Of a DNA stretch of 64,000 nucleotides, positions 1 through 42,352 are shown piece after piece. Positions within the stretch are counted from its first letter, which is position 1. Each line of letters opens with the position of its first letter. The notes beneath the pieces were generated by a model. It saw only the letters and a program-made list of their open reading frames with translations. It was not told where the DNA came from and did not search any database. Source of the DNA: Pristiophorus japonicus (lineage: Eukaryota); assembly GCF_044704955.1 (NCBI RefSeq), contig NC_091994.1:92814001-92878000 (forward strand), read 5' to 3'. Both the position numbers and the translations under genes were made by a program.

Positions 1-132
1 ATTGCTGTTTGTGGGTGCCAATTGGCTACATTACAACAGTGATTACACTTCAAAAATACTTCATTGGTTGTAAAGCACTTTGGGATATCTTGAGGTCATG
101 AAAGGCGCTATCGAAGTGAAAGTCTGTCTTTC
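1..132 (+). mobile_element. 3' part of Deu-domain tRNA-SINE (SacSINE1/AmnSINE1-like)
   Basis: ATTGCTGTTTGTGGG...ACATTACAACAGTGA..CTTCAAAA.TACTTCATTGG..AAAGCACTTTGGGA; same family as 50095-50503. Confidence 0.7.
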
Positions 133-389
133 TTTATGGGGCAACTATTGGCCTCACTGTACACAGGGAAGTGAGAGTGTGTTTATTTAGTTGGAGTCTT
201 TGATAGTTTATTTTACTGAGCTCCTCCCATGTGTGTGTTAATGGTTTGTGTGCAAGCAAGCATGTGTGCTCATATGGTGGCTTCATTGTATGTATGTGTG
301 TATATGAGTTTGTGTCTTTGTATGCGTGTATGCATGCAGAAATATGCATTGATGTTCTGTGTGTGTGTGTGTGTGTGTATACATGTGTG

Positions 390-662
390 ACCAATTCTGG
401 CCTCCCCCACTCGCTTCGCCCCAACATTGGTGGCCGAGCCTTCAGCTGTCTAAGCCCTAAGCTCTGGAATTCCCTCCCTAAACCTCACTACCTCGCTCTC
501 CTTTTAAGACCCTTCTTAAAACCTACCTCTGTGACCAAGCATTAGTCACACCTCCTAATATCTCCTCGTTTGGCTCGGTGTCACATTTAGTCTGATTTAC
601 GCTCTGGGAGGTGCCTTGGGATGTTTTACCATGTTAAAGGTGCGCTATAAATACAAGTTATT
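390..662 (+). mobile_element. L2-like LINE 3' end fragment
   Basis: IGGRAFSCLSPKLWNSLP motif and a typical L2 tail (AAAGGTGCGCTATAAATACAAGTT). Confidence 0.65.
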
Positions 663-767
663 GCTGGCGATGGTGCACCTAGATGTTGTTCCAATTGTGT
701 GAAGTTGAATTGCTATTTGTCAAGCCTGTAATATAATTGTCTGCGATTGTCTGACTGTCTCCCTCAG

Positions 768-12963
<12,196 letters not shown>

Positions 12964-13209
12964 TTAAAGTGCTTAGCATCTGAGTGCAGCAGTGGAAGCT
13001 GTAAAACATTTAAATGCTATCGTCCTCAGACAATTAGTGTACCAGTTACTTTGTTTCTGTCCTTCCCCTGAATATTCCAGCAGGGACGGCCCCAGTTCTA
13101 ACTCTGTATATAATGGTTCATAGAATTCTCTAAGTACTTAGTACAAAGGGATAGTTACAGCAGGTGTATTTATCTGTTGTGAAAGTTAGTACGAGAGCAA
13201 CCAAATCCC

Positions 13210-13535
13210 GGCCAGACCATATGTAACCCTCAGATTCTAGAGATACAGGACTTCCCTATCCCATAATAACCAGACCGTATGTAACCCTTAGATTCTAGAG
13301 ATATAGGACTGCCCCATCCCATAATGACCAGACTGTATGTAACCTGGGGACCCTGAAGGTACACGCCTACCCCATCCCATAATAACCAGACTGTATGTAA
13401 CCCGAGGACCCTGGAGGTACATGCCTACCCCATCCCATAATAACCAGATCGTATGTAACCCGGGGACCCTGGAGGTACATGCCTACCCCATCCCATAATA
13501 ACCAGACCGTATGTAACCTGTGGCCCTGGAGGTAT
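13210..13535 (+). repeat. About 59-bp minisatellite in the PLOD1 3'UTR
   Basis: CCCATCCCATAATAACCAGAC.GTATGTAACC unit, about 5.5 copies. Confidence 0.85.
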
Positions 13536-15164
13536 ACTGATACCTCATCCTATTTTGGTTTGAGTTGGCCGGATGCAGTAGTTTCGGGGGGTAAATCATG
13601 CTCCGATCTGTTCAAGCTCCGGATTTTGATCCCCAGTCTGTGCTGCTGGCCCATTGCAGCCAGGGTGACAGCAGCTCCTGCGATTGGCTCCGTGCCCTGT
13701 GCCAGGACGAATCCCACTGTGTGCGTGTGTGGACTGTAGCTCAGGACAGGTTGAGCTCAGCTGTGATGGTTCAGTTACCTGCCAACACTCTCACTCGCAC
13801 ACCTGTGGAGTAGAACCCCTCGAAATGTTGGTGTCCTTGGGAGAGGAGGCGAGGAAAAGATGGGAAAAGCAAACAAAAAGGTTCAGTCATCGAGGTTTAC
13901 TGGAAGGGATAGTGAGGGGATCCGGCTACGAATCACACTGTCCCTGCAATTAACTGGTTGTGAGCATTTTAGAATTTGAGCTAAGCTGGCAACCAGGGAA
14001 TCCAGGAAAAAACTCTTCACACAAAGGGTGTGAGAATGCAGAAACACTGCCCTATGGGGCCATTGATGCAAAGGGTTTAAAGGGAAGCAAGTTACTTGGG
14101 AAATGAAAGTCATAAGGGATGTGGAGAAAGGGCAAGGAATTGGCTGAGTGGTTCCTCCTGTCTCTATGAACTGTCAACACCCTGCTAACTATCCCTCACT
14201 AGAAGCTGTTGGTATTCACTGCCTGTAGAACAAACCTGTGAACTGTCGCTCAGTATTAGTACAGTTTGCGAATACATTGTGCATTTCACACATCCTGCCA
14301 CATATTTGTTCCTTCTTGTTTTTGCCAGTTGATCTCCAACCTTTGTGCCGTTTATTGCAGTCAGAGACTCACTAACAGTCACCGCCCTTTTTGGAGTTTA
14401 TTCCCAAGATCTCCCATCATAAAAACCAAAGGTACTTTCTCTCCGAGCAGGTGGCGAGTGTCAAAAACAGAGTTACAGACTCCTCGTGTCCCACAGAAAT
14501 GTAAAAAGCATCTCTCTGCTGTGCTCACAGCTCCAGTATTCATGCAATAAATGCACAGCCTGACCGAGCAGTATTAGCAGTGCTGGGAATGCAGTAAATG
14601 GGACTTGGGAAGAGCAGGGAGAATCGTGGCCCCATCAGAAAACCGACAAGTTTAGGAGAGTAGGAGTGGATTGGGTGGGGGAACGGTGACAGACTAGGGT
14701 TACTCTTAGGATTCATAAGAACAACGTCTCTGAGGGTCAATAGGGTTAAAGACCCCAGCCCTGTCCCTGTCCCTGTCCCTTCCCAACTCCTGTGGCCAGT
14801 TTTCAGCACTTTGTGTTTTTAAGGTTATTTTTCATTTCCTACTGTTTTCTAGTTTGCATTCGCAAAGCATAGTGTCCCAGCCCAGATCTGGGCTAAGGTT
14901 GACAAACATAGGCAAAGTATTTTGATAAGGCATGCATCTTGCTGCCGGCTCCGGCAGAAGGTGGGGTCGTGTGGCCTCAGCACATAGCACAAACTGGCCG
15001 TGTGCTGAAACTTGCACACTGGATGCTCAGCAGTTATAGAAGTCCCATAAAGTCCGGTTTGTTCTGGAAGGTTCTCTACAGGAAGATGTACAGAGGGAAA
15101 ACAGATGAAAAGGAAGATTCGAGAGCATGTGGAGTTCCTAATCCTCTTATTCATATTGTGTCAA

Positions 15165-15170
15165 AATAAA
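15165..15170 (+). terminator. Probable PLOD1 polyadenylation signal
   Basis: AATAAA followed by ATTAAA and a GT/T-rich tract; an alternative AATAAA lies at 14546. Confidence 0.5.
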
Positions 15171-15244
15171 ATCTTTTCGGATTAAACATTTTCTGTGGTT
15201 TTTTGCTGGTACAGTACTTGTGTGCAAGTTGTATTGTGTTCTCT

Positions 15245-16635
15245 CTCGATTCAGGAACCATTCCTTTAGATTGGAAAATTGCGCATGTAAGTCCACCATT
15301 TAAAAATGGTGAGGGGGTAAACCAGAGAATTATAGACCAGTTTGCCTAATGTCTGTTGTCAGGAAATTGCTCGAGTCTATAATTAAGAATAGGGTGACTG
15401 AATTCCTCAAATCTTCAGTTGATCAGAGAGAGCCAGCGTGGATTTGTGATTTGTGAAAGGTCGGTCATGCCTGATAAACCTGATTTAATTTTTTGAGGAG
15501 GTGACTAAAGTAGTGGACAGGGGAATGTCTATGAATGATATTTATATGGACTTCCAGAAAACATTTGATAAAGTCCCACATAAGAGGCTGTTAACTAAGA
15601 TAGAAGCCCACGGAATTGAGAGCACATTATTGACCTGGTTTGGAAATTGGCTGTGACAGGAGATAGGCAGTTAGGACAATGGGTAGGTACTAAAATTGGC
15701 AGGAGGTGACTAGTGGTGTCCTGCAGGACTCTGTGTTAGGCCTCAACTATTCACAGTATTTATTAACAACTTAGATGGCATAGAAAGTCATATATCCAAA
15801 TTTGCTGATGACACAAAGATAGGTGGCATTATAGGCAGTGTAGTAGGAAGTATAAATTACAAAGGGATATCGACAGATTAAGTGAACAGACAAAACTGTG
15901 GCAAATGGATTTCAATGTAGACAAATATCTAAATGATGAAAGTCTAAAAACAGTGGAGGTCCAAAGAGACTTGGGGTGGTCCAGATACATAGATTATTGA
16001 AATGTCATGAACAGGTACAGAAAATAATCAAAAAGCCTACTGAGATGCTGGTCTTTATATCTAGAGGGCTAGAATTCAAGAAGGTATGTTGCGGCTGTAC
16101 AAAACCCTGGTTAGACCACATCTAGAGTACTGTGAGCAGGTCAGGGTACCACACCTTAGAAAGGATATATTGGCCTTGAACGGAGTACAGCATATGTTTA
16201 TCGGAATGACTCCCAGACTTCAAGGGTTAAGTTACAAGAAGCTATTACACATCAGGGCTGTATTTGCTAGAATTAGAATGTTAAGGGGTGATCTGATTGA
16301 AGTTTTCAAGATATTAAGGGGAACAGAGAGGGTAGATAGAGAGAAACTTTCCCCTGATTGGGGATTCTAAGACTAGGGGGCAGAGTCTAAAAATTAGAGC
16401 CAGACCTTTCAGGAGTGAAATTAGGAAACAATTCTACATACAAAGAGTGGCAGAAGTTTGGAACTCTCTTCCGCAAACGGCAATTAAAGCTAGATCAATT
16501 ATTAATTTTAAATCGGAGATTGATCGCTATCTGTTCACCAAAGGTATTATGGGCCAACGGCGTGGGTCTCAGATCAGCCATGATCTCTTTGAATACAGGC
16601 TCAAGGGCTGAATGGCCTACTCCTGCTCCTATGTT
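15245..16635 (+). mobile_element. Degenerate CR1 LINE (RT to 3' end)
   Basis: [21 protein letters not shown] and [13 protein letters not shown] remnants with frameshifts. Confidence 0.85.
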
Positions 16636-16699
16636 TCTCTCGCTCGCAGTGATCGGCAGTGAATGTGTTAGTGTCATTGAGGGACCGTGCAGTCCTAGG

Positions 16700-16983
16700 C
16701 TATTATTGCCATCCTAATTACCCTGAGTGGCTGACTCGGCCATTTCATCGCTGTGGATCTGGAGGTACACATAGGCCAGACCGGATAACAGCAGATTTCC
16801 TTCTCTGAAGGACATTAGTGAATCAGATTGTATTTTTACTTCAATCCGATGGTCACCACTTATTAATACTAGCTTATTCCAGATTTATTTAACCATGGTG
16901 GGATTTGAACTCTTGCCCTTGGATAATTAGTCCAGGCCTCTGCATTACTAGTCCAGTAACATAACTACTATGCTACCATTCCC
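16700..16983 (-). mobile_element. tRNA-derived SINE
   Basis: Reverse strand starts GGGAATGGTAGCATAGT with B-box-like GAGTTCAAATCCC. Confidence 0.55.
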
Positions 16984-17289
16984 TCGCTTCGATCACTGGC
17001 TGTGGCTTGGAAAGGCATTTTTGAAGGTGGGCAATGTGATTTATTTAATGCCAATTTATGTTTATACAACATGGGTAGATCCCAGCAATGGTTTGCCTCT
17101 GCTATTCTGTTGTCTCATCTTCCAGCTTTGAGCTCATCTAAACCCTCCTAAATGGGCAATTCAGATATTTGACATCTTCCTTGGTCACCAGCAGACTTGG
17201 ACATATCCTCCCTCTATTCCCATATCTCCCAATTTCCCCATATCCCACTTATCCCCCGTGATGTCACCATTCCAGTCCCTGGTTGATGA

Positions 17290-18030
17290 CGGTCTGTGTC
17301 GCGGGTTGATGACGCGGGGTGCAGGCGGCGGGCTGGCGAGTCTGGCGGAGCTGCTTCGGCCGCAGCGGGAGCGCAGCGGCTGCGGATCAGGCAAGCCCCC
17401 GGCTAGTGTTCCCGCGCGTAGGCCCGACCCCGGGGACAGCGACTCGAGTTTTGAGCCCAACAGCGGCTGGAGTGCGGAGCCGGGCCGGGTGGGTCGTGGG
17501 TCAATGCCGCGGCGCAAGGTCACTGGCCTCGGCCGCCTAGAGCCGCGCTTCGCATCAGCCCAGAGCGGGCACTGACCCCGGGCTCTTCGGTCAACGGGGC
17601 CCAGTGGCGAGGGGAGTTGCACCGGAGTCCCCGGGCTCAGCTGAAAGGGCCAGCGGGCGCCCCCACCCCCTTCCCGGATACCGACTCTACTCCCCCCCCC
17701 CCCCTCCTGGGTACCGTCCCTGTACACCCCCCCCCCCCCCCGATACTGGTCACCCCCCTGTCTTCCTGGGTACTGTCCCTCCCCACCCCCCCTGTCTTCC
17801 TGGGTACTGTCCCTCCCGGTACTGCTAGTCGTGTCCCCCTCCACTCCAGCATAACAGAAATCTTCATTCTCCACCGACGGTTCTCCCGTTAAGATGATGC
17901 TATTTGCGAAGCTCCTGGTGACTGCGGGAATGGGAATGTGGGGGTCGCGGGTATGGAGAGCCCGGGGGGGGGGGGGGGGGGGGAGACGCGCGAGTGGCGA
18001 GCTTGGGGGGGGCGGGTGGGGAGTCGTGTG
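17290..18030 (+). promoter_or_regulatory. CpG island / MFN2 promoter and non-coding first exon region
   Basis: GC- and CpG-rich stretch just upstream of the first MFN2 coding exon (acceptor AG ending 18097); contains CAAGGTCA at 17515-17522. Confidence 0.75.
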
Positions 18031-18101
18031 AATGTGGAGCAGGGTGTTTCTTTCTCTCTCTCTCTCTCTCTGGTTCACATGACTCTCTCTATTTCAGTGC
18101 C

Positions 18102-34938
<16,837 letters not shown>

Positions 34939-35842
34939 GAGCGACTGGCAGGTGTGAGATTGAGGGATGTTTCCACCGCATGGGCCACGAGTTCAGCGCT
35001 GACCGCCAAGCCGGGGAGGGGGGCATCGCCGCGATCTTAATTTCTTGCGCAGAATAATTTATAAACACTTTAAAGCTGCTGGGGGCTGAATTAATGACCA
35101 GTGTCTGCTGTATAACGCATGGCACGCCACAGGACAGAGCAGCCAGCAGGAGACCTGCTTCCTATTATGTCTTTGGTTCAGAACACTAATCAGTCCAGGT
35201 TCATCTTGCAGTTCAGGCTTGTTGATTGGCACTGGACACACTGAGCTTGTCACGTTTCAGGACAGGTCGCCTCAAACTTTTCTGTAACGGGGGGGGCGGC
35301 GGTGGGGGAGAGGAGACTTCACTTGATCCACAGACTGCTCACTAACTATGGACAAAACATGGGGTCCTTGCACAGTTGGGAGGTGGGAGTACTTTTGAAT
35401 TTTGACTGGAGAATAAACAATTTACTGGAGATGGGGAAAGACCCTCCTTTGATTCTTCTCTTTTCCCCCCCCCCCCCCCCCCCCCACCCTTTCCATAGGT
35501 GATCTGATCATTTTATACAAATCTTTAATACAAAGGTTCAGTTGCCGTTTGACCCGGGCAGGAGTGCTGACTGAATCTGGTCAGGGCGATTTATGACATT
35601 TCCTCGAGCTAATCATTTAAACCACATGTCTTTACAGAGGAATAAAGAAGCCAACAAGTCCTTTTATAACCCCCAGACACACTCTCATAGCGTCTGCAGC
35701 TAGGGCACTTGACACCAACTTGGAGCTCAGGAGATGGTGTCTGGCTCACAGTTCCTCATGATGTTACAATATGAGTTCTAATCCTAGATTTCAGAGATAG
35801 GTTGCTGAGGATTTAAACTTCACTCCACAAACTATGCCATCT

Positions 35843-36075
35843 CCCGAACCCCTCGATTAGATTCCAGCCTGTAACTCACTCCCGGGTATGTTATTCTATA
35901 AATAAACCACCCAAACCCTTTGATTAGATTACAGCTTGTAACTTACTCCTGGGTGTCTGTTCTATATATAAACCACCCAAGCCCTTTGATTAGATTCCAG
36001 CCTGTAACTCACTCCTGGGTAGCTAAACACCCTGCACCCCACGATTAGACCCCAACCTGTAACTCACTCAGTTAT
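35843..36075 (+). repeat. About 66-bp tandem repeat in the MFN2 3'UTR
   Basis: GATTAGATTCCAGCCTGTAACTCACTCC.GGGT unit, about 4 copies. Confidence 0.8.
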
Positions 36076-37675
36076 TCTAGATTTGGTGTTCTGTTTTTAA
36101 CTGATCTGTGCCCTAAAGATGAGCAGTTACTGGTGCTGAGGTTTGTATGGACAGGGGGTGGGCACAGTGCTTGAGCCCTGTCCTGTCCTGTTATGTCATG
36201 TAATGTTGTCCCCAGTGTCTCAATCAACTGTACAGAGAAGCCAGCAAGTAACAAGGACCCGGATAATGAGCTTATACATAAAGAGGGGGAAGATTAATGC
36301 TTTATGAGGAAAGATTTACTACGATTTAACACTAGATATGGGAAAGTGGTAAAAGAGGGTTCAGGTGAGACTATCTGGGCATTAGTACAGAGCTAATTCT
36401 GATTTAGTGCTGATTACGGTGAAGTTTCAGAAGATAAAAGGGATAGCTTTGACCATGCCTGCCCTGCCCCCGCCCTGACTATCTTCCCCCACCCCCTGCC
36501 CTGACTATCTCTACCTCCATGCCCCAGACTGGAGAATAGCTGTCTGGAGATTGAGTAAGAAAGTACTGAAGGGTGAGAAGCTTTCTGCATTTCACGAGTT
36601 GCATTTACGAACGGTTTGGCCATTTGCCCATCAATGTAAATATAAAGACCAAGGATGCTGGGGACCCTGTGCTGATAGATTGTGCAATGAGCTGCGAGGT
36701 ATTTTATTGTTGGTTTGGCGGCTGCATCCCTTGCACAGACTGTATTGGGGCATCGACTCCACACACTGTCCCAAAGGGAGGAAGAGCCTTCAGAACTCTG
36801 CCGTGTTGTCATGGTGGTCTTGTTGCCCAGACTTTACCGAAGGAGGAAATCCTTTACCCTGAAAATTGGTAAATGCTGTGTTTTAAATTCTGCCGTGTAC
36901 TGAGAGTGTCGAGAGCTGCATTCATTCTGAACTCGCCCCGTTCTAATGAGGGTTAAGATTTCTGACTGGATGAAATGACTTATGTGCATCATGAATAACA
37001 GTTTGACTGTCGACCATGTCCCCAGGACCACAATCCTGGCTCTGACTCCTGATCACTTGCACGGAAACTTGTGTATTTAACATTTAATGTAATATGTTTT
37101 GTGTTTAAACACCATCTTGGTTGAGGCTTATATTCATAGTTTTATGGATTTTAAACTGTTCTCATTTAAAGATATTGGAAAGAATAAGATGGAATAAGAA
37201 CTGAAAATTCTGGCAATACACTAGTCAGCATCTCAAAGAAAAGACTGGTTAATGATTGAGACCTTAACCTGCCTTATTTTTCAGATGCGAGTCCACTTGT
37301 TGTCTATTTCTGTTTATCCCTAAAGAATGAAGTGAGTCGTCTTGCTTGACCTCATTTCCAGTTCTGTCAGGTTTGAGGCGTTTCACTGAGTAGTGACTGC
37401 TCGGTACAGATGATGATCAGGGAGCTCAATTTTGATGCTACCGTATAACAAGGCTCTAAATCTCGGTACTCTCAACGGTATCTATTCACTTGGATTTTGT
37501 TGAAAAATTTCAGTTAAAATGCACTTTATGTTTCTGCTGCTCGAGGTTATTTCCTTATTCTAATGAAGTTTTTTTTTTTGGAATGTATTTTTTGGTTAAC
37601 ATTTAGGCAAAGCTCCCTCTATGACTTGTACTGTTCTCCTTGTGTTCTGATAACAGGTGTAATAGGCTTGTTTAA

Positions 37676-37693
37676 AATAAATGGAAAAATAAA
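37676..37693 (+). terminator. Probable MFN2 polyadenylation signals (tandem AATAAA)
   Basis: AATAAA at 37676 and 37688 followed by a GT-rich tract, about 2.7 kb after the stop. Confidence 0.6.
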
Positions 37694-38043
37694 TTCATTT
37701 GTAAAACTTCCTCTGTGTCCAGTTGTCTGTGATGCAATCTTTGATCAAAATTATTTCCTTGCATCACAAAATTGGCACTGAATTACCTGTAGGTGCAGTG
37801 CTGCGAGATTGCTGGGTGATGGGCAGGGAAAGCAATCCTGGGCACTGACAGCTGCTCAATGTGGAGAAATTCTGTAAAAAGTGCAAAAAAGGCAGTCTGT
37901 TGGAATAACCCCAGCCATGACTGCAGTGACTGGACTGGTTGCATGGGCCACAGTGACTTATTCACAGACCACAGTAACTGGCTCTCTGTGCTTGCAAACA
38001 TCGCACCATCACACCTACGCCATGAATATGCAGTCTCCAGAGA

Positions 38044-40700
38044 ATCATCATTATAGGCAGTCCTTCGAAATCGAGGAAGACTTGCTTCCACTCAAAGTGA
38101 GTTCTCAGATGGCTGTACAGTTCAATGCGGGAATTACAGTCTCTTAACAGGTGGGGCAGACTGGTTGAAGGAAAGGGTGGGTGAGGAGCCTGGTTTGCCA
38201 CATGCCCCTTCCACTGTCTACGCTTGATTTCTGCATGCTCTCGCCGACGGGACTGGAGGTGCTCAAAGCCCTCCCAGATGCTCTTCCTCCACTTTGGGCG
38301 GTCTTGATCAAGGAGGCTTTGTGGGTGTTTTTGAAGTGTTTCTTCTGCCCACCTGGGGCTCACTTACCGTGTAGATGTTCCGAGTAGAACACTTGTTTAG
38401 GAAGTCTTGTGTCGGGCATGTGGACGATGTGGCCCGCCCAACAGAGCTGGTCAGGTGGTGCTTTGATGATGGGGATATTGGTTTGAGCGACAACACTGAC
38501 GGTGCATCTATCCTCCCAGTGGATTTGCAGGATCTTGCGGAGGCAGCGCTGGTGGTACTTCTCCAGCACTTTGAGGTGTCTGCTGTATATAGTCCACGTA
38601 TCTGAGCCTTATAGGAGGGCAGGTATCACTACTGTCCTGTAGACCATAAGCTTGGTGCCAGATTTGAGGGCCTGATCCACGAAACCTCTCATCCTCGGGC
38701 AACTGAAGGCTGTGCAGGGGCACTGGAGGCGGTGTTGGACCTCGTCATCGATGTCTGCCCTTGCTGATAGAAGACTCCGGAGATAGGGAAAATGGTCCAC
38801 ATTGTCCAAGGCTGAACCGTGGATTTTGATAACCAGGATGCAGTGCAATGTGGTGGGGTCAGGTTGGTGGAGGACCTTTGTCTTACGGATGTTTAGTGTA
38901 AGGCCCATGTTTTCGTACGCCTCGGTGAAGGTGTTGACGATGGCTTGGAGTTCGGCCTCTGAGTGTGCGCAGATGGAAGTGTCAGTTCGATGACTGAGTA
39001 CGGGACGATCTCTGATCTAGCCTGGAGGCGACGTAAGTTGAATAAGTTCCCATTGGTTCTATAGTTTAGTTCCACTCCAGCGAGGAACTTGTTGATAGTG
39101 AGATGGAGCATTGCAGCAAGGAAGATTGAGAAGAGCTTTGGTATGATAACTCAGCCCTGCTTGACCCCGGTCCGGACGTGGATTGGATCTATGGTGGATC
39201 TGTTGGTCAGGATCACGGCTTACATGATGAAGGTGGCAGAGTCTCGGTCAAGGAGTGCTCCTTCCAGCGGGCCCTGACTCCCTCGGTGTCCTTAATGAGT
39301 GCCTCTCCATTCTTGGCCAGCAGTGTGGTGGGTACCTTGGGTGCTTGGGCCGTAGGTGGCCTTGACTGCGCTGAAGAATCCTCGCACGTCATGGTTGCCA
39401 GCCAGCTGCTGGATCTGTGCTTTCTCCATCCACCATCTATTCTTTAGGTCGCGAGGTTTTTGTTGGACCTCGGCCTTCAGCCGCCTGTAGAGCTGCTTTG
39501 CTGCTCCCGAGTTGAGTTGCTGCTTTAAGTTCAGAAGTGCCTTGCACTTATTAGCTCCTGGATCTCCTGTTTGTTCTCGTCAAACCAGTCTTGGTGTTTC
39601 CTGGTTGAATGACCGAGCGTCTCTTCGCAGATGCTGGTTATGGAGGCCTTGAGGGCAGAGCAGGCACTGTGGGCACTCTGCGTCTCAGGGTCATCGAGTG
39701 TCGCCAGATGTTAGTGAGGCGCTCGCTGTATCGGGCTTTCTTAACTCGGTCTTTGAGTGCCCCGGTGTGGATTTTTCTGCGGCATTATTTCTGTTGCTGT
39801 CGCTGCTTTGGGGCTATGTTGATAATGATGGAGCGGATTGGCAGTGCTCCGTCTAGTAGTTGTCGCTCCTGTCATGGCACGGATGATGCACACATCCTTG
39901 CGGTCCCTCGCTCGGACGATGACGTAGTCGAGCAGATGCCAGTCCTTGGAGCGAGGGTGTCGCCATGGTGACTTGTACTTATCCCTCCTGATGAAACAAG
40001 GTGTTGGTGATAACAAGGTCGTGTTCTAAGCATTTTGTTAAGAGCAGGGTACCGCTGGAATTGGTTTACCCTACCCCTTCTCTGCCGATCACGCCGCCCC
40101 AGAGGTCTGTGTCCTCACTGACTCTGGCATTGAAGTCGCCGAGGAGGATCAGGTTGTCGTCCGTAGGAATTCGGGACAAGGATTGTTTGAGGCTGGAATA
40201 AAATTCATCTTTGGTCTCCTCTGTTGCGTCGAGTGTTGGGGTGTACGCGACGTTGACTGGCACAATGGGTTCGGGATAGGGTAAGCTGGAGAGTCATGAG
40301 ACGTTCGCTTATCCCACGGGGCGTCTCTGAGGCGAAGCCAATTCCATGGAGGCGGCGTTCTTCTGGTTTACCTTTTCAGAGAAGGTGTAACCACCACCTT
40401 TTACTTTAAGCTGGTATTCCCCTGCCTGCTGGGTCTCACTTAAGGAAACGATGCCAACGATGTCAGTGTCTGAGTTCCTGGGCAACGATAGCAGTGCAAC
40501 GTTCCGATCTGCTGACGTTGGGGTTGTCCATGAGGGTCCTGACGTTCCTGGTCCAGAACTTCATTTTGAAGGGTGGATGATGCCTGTGCGTGAGTTCTTT
40601 TAATGTGGGGTGGCCGTTGCACCCAAGCTACCACATAGCTTAGTAGAGTGGCAAGGGGGTCTGAGACGATTGGAGGCCAGTACATAAATGTATCAATATG
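38044..40700 (-). mobile_element. Long degenerate RTE-clade LINE between MFN2 and MIIP
   Basis: Endonuclease (YTPTL...LILLGDFNARV, WRHPRSKDWHLLDYVIVR), RT C-terminus (GLTLNIRKTKVL, DHFPYL) and (GAT)n tail at about 38044. Confidence 0.9.
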
Positions 40701-41384
40701 GCGTCCGGGATGGCAGCTCCATTTTCACCCATGGCCATCCGAGGCCCTCTTTCCACCCCCCACCCCCCAACCACCTACACCAGGTGCCTGTGAAGCCTAC
40801 CAGCAGGAACCCCGGGTCAGGATGTCAGGAAGAAGCTATGGTCACTCATGGACCGCTCAGGTTTGAACTCGGCGTCCCTTCGGCCCTCCTGGGACCGGCG
40901 ACTCTGTATCCCTTTGGCCCGCTTGGAACTTGTGGTGTGGTTATTGGCAGCGGCCTTCCTGTCCTCTCCAGCAGCTCACCAAGAGCGGGGTGCAACCAAC
41001 AAAAGCAAACAGGGCCTCAGTGCCTCTCACTCTCCACACCTGGGGTCCTTCACCACCTCTCCTGAAGGTGCTGCTCAATGCCGAGCTTACAGTTCACATT
41101 TCACCATAGGTAACTAGGCCCATACAGTTCAGCCTGGCCTTTGTATTCTCTGGATGACTAATCACTACACCAGCAAAGATAGGTCGACTTGGACAACCTA
41201 CCACCAAACTGTCTCAAATCTAGAAGGCAATTTTGGACTGCACCGAAGCTCTTCAGCGATCTCCCCTCAGCCTTGATGACCGATGGCGAAATGCTTGGAA
41301 GAACTGCAACATACGGAATGGATTCCTTATAGAGGACCGCACACTACAACCTGTAGAGCTACAGAAAGGCACACTACACAAGAA

Positions 41385-41672
41385 CAATGTGGAAAACTGC
41401 CCAGGTATTTCCTGGCCAAAAAGGTCAATCCAATCCAGCCAATTACCGCCTCATCAGTCTACTCTCAATCATCGTAAAAGTGATGGAAAGTGTCGCCGAC
41501 AGTGCTATCAAGCGGCACTTACTCACCGATGCTCAGTTTGGGTTCCACCAGGACCACTCGGCTGCAGACCTCATTACAGCCTTGGCCCAAACATGGACAA
41601 AAGAGTTTAATTCCAGAGGTGAGGCGAGAGTTACTGCCCTTGACATCAAGGCAGCATTTGACCAAGTGTGGC
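41385..41672 (+). mobile_element. CR1/L2-group RT fragment
   Basis: NPANYRLISLLSII.KVME...QFGF...ALDIKAAFDQVW. Confidence 0.8.
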
Positions 41673-42009
41673 AGAACGCTCTCCAAAAGAAAAGTTCTGG
41701 GCACGCAACTGATACTGTTGAACTGGTGAGCACTCTGCAAGTGTAAGTGTACATGTGTGTGGCCACACATTGCTTCCTCGGGTAGCCCCGGCCTCCCATT
41801 AGAGGGAGCAGTGTGCGGCGGCCCGGCCCGGCCCGGAAATCGGCGCAGTCCCGGCCTGCAAGACCATCAGCTTTGGCCTGGATATCCAACTTGGATATTG
41901 ACATTTGATTTGCTTTTGCCACTACCCTACCAAAGAAGACTTGAGTTCTGTCACGTTTGTGAGCCAGTCACCAGTCACTCAATGATACGGGACTCGCCCC
42001 TTTTGAGCG

Positions 42010-42270
42010 TGGACCAATAAGCAGTCGGCATTTAGTCGCGATCTAGGCCGCAGGTTAAAAACATCCAACCAATCAGAGAGCGGCTTACTGCGCTGTTCAC
42101 TTCGGGGTAACCAATGAGAAAACAGCGGGAAAAAACGGTTCATCAAACGGCGGCTGGGGTATCGAGGGGGGGGAGGGGAACGGTTACTATGGTAACGGAC
42201 GGCCTCCTGGCCCCTCACTGAACGGCAACCGGCCCGAGAGCTCCCGCCGCTTCAGAGTCCCAGCTGCCGG
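42010..42270 (+). promoter_or_regulatory. MIIP promoter: three CCAAT boxes and an RFX X-box
   Basis: CCAAT at 42014, 42069 and 42111; near-palindromic GTTACTATGGTAAC at 42183-42196; CpG-rich; possible short 5'UTR intron 42270-42352. Confidence 0.7.
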
Positions 42271-42352
42271 TACCTCTGTAGCCCTGACCTGTACTTTGCC
42301 TCTCTCCCAAACTGACCCCTGTCCTGAGTCCCCGTGTTGTTGTTGTTGGCAG

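Noticed and set aside
13545-13860. Possible ancient SINE-like or structured RNA in the PLOD1 3'UTR (similar patches near 28040-28230, 49060-49330 and 63880-64000)
   Set aside because: Too degenerate to assign family or boundaries by eye; needs a Dfam/Rfam search.
17185-18078. 297-aa Gly/Pro/Arg-rich antisense ORF
   Set aside because: Expected stop-codon scarcity in a GC-rich CpG island with homopolymer runs; no recognisable domain.
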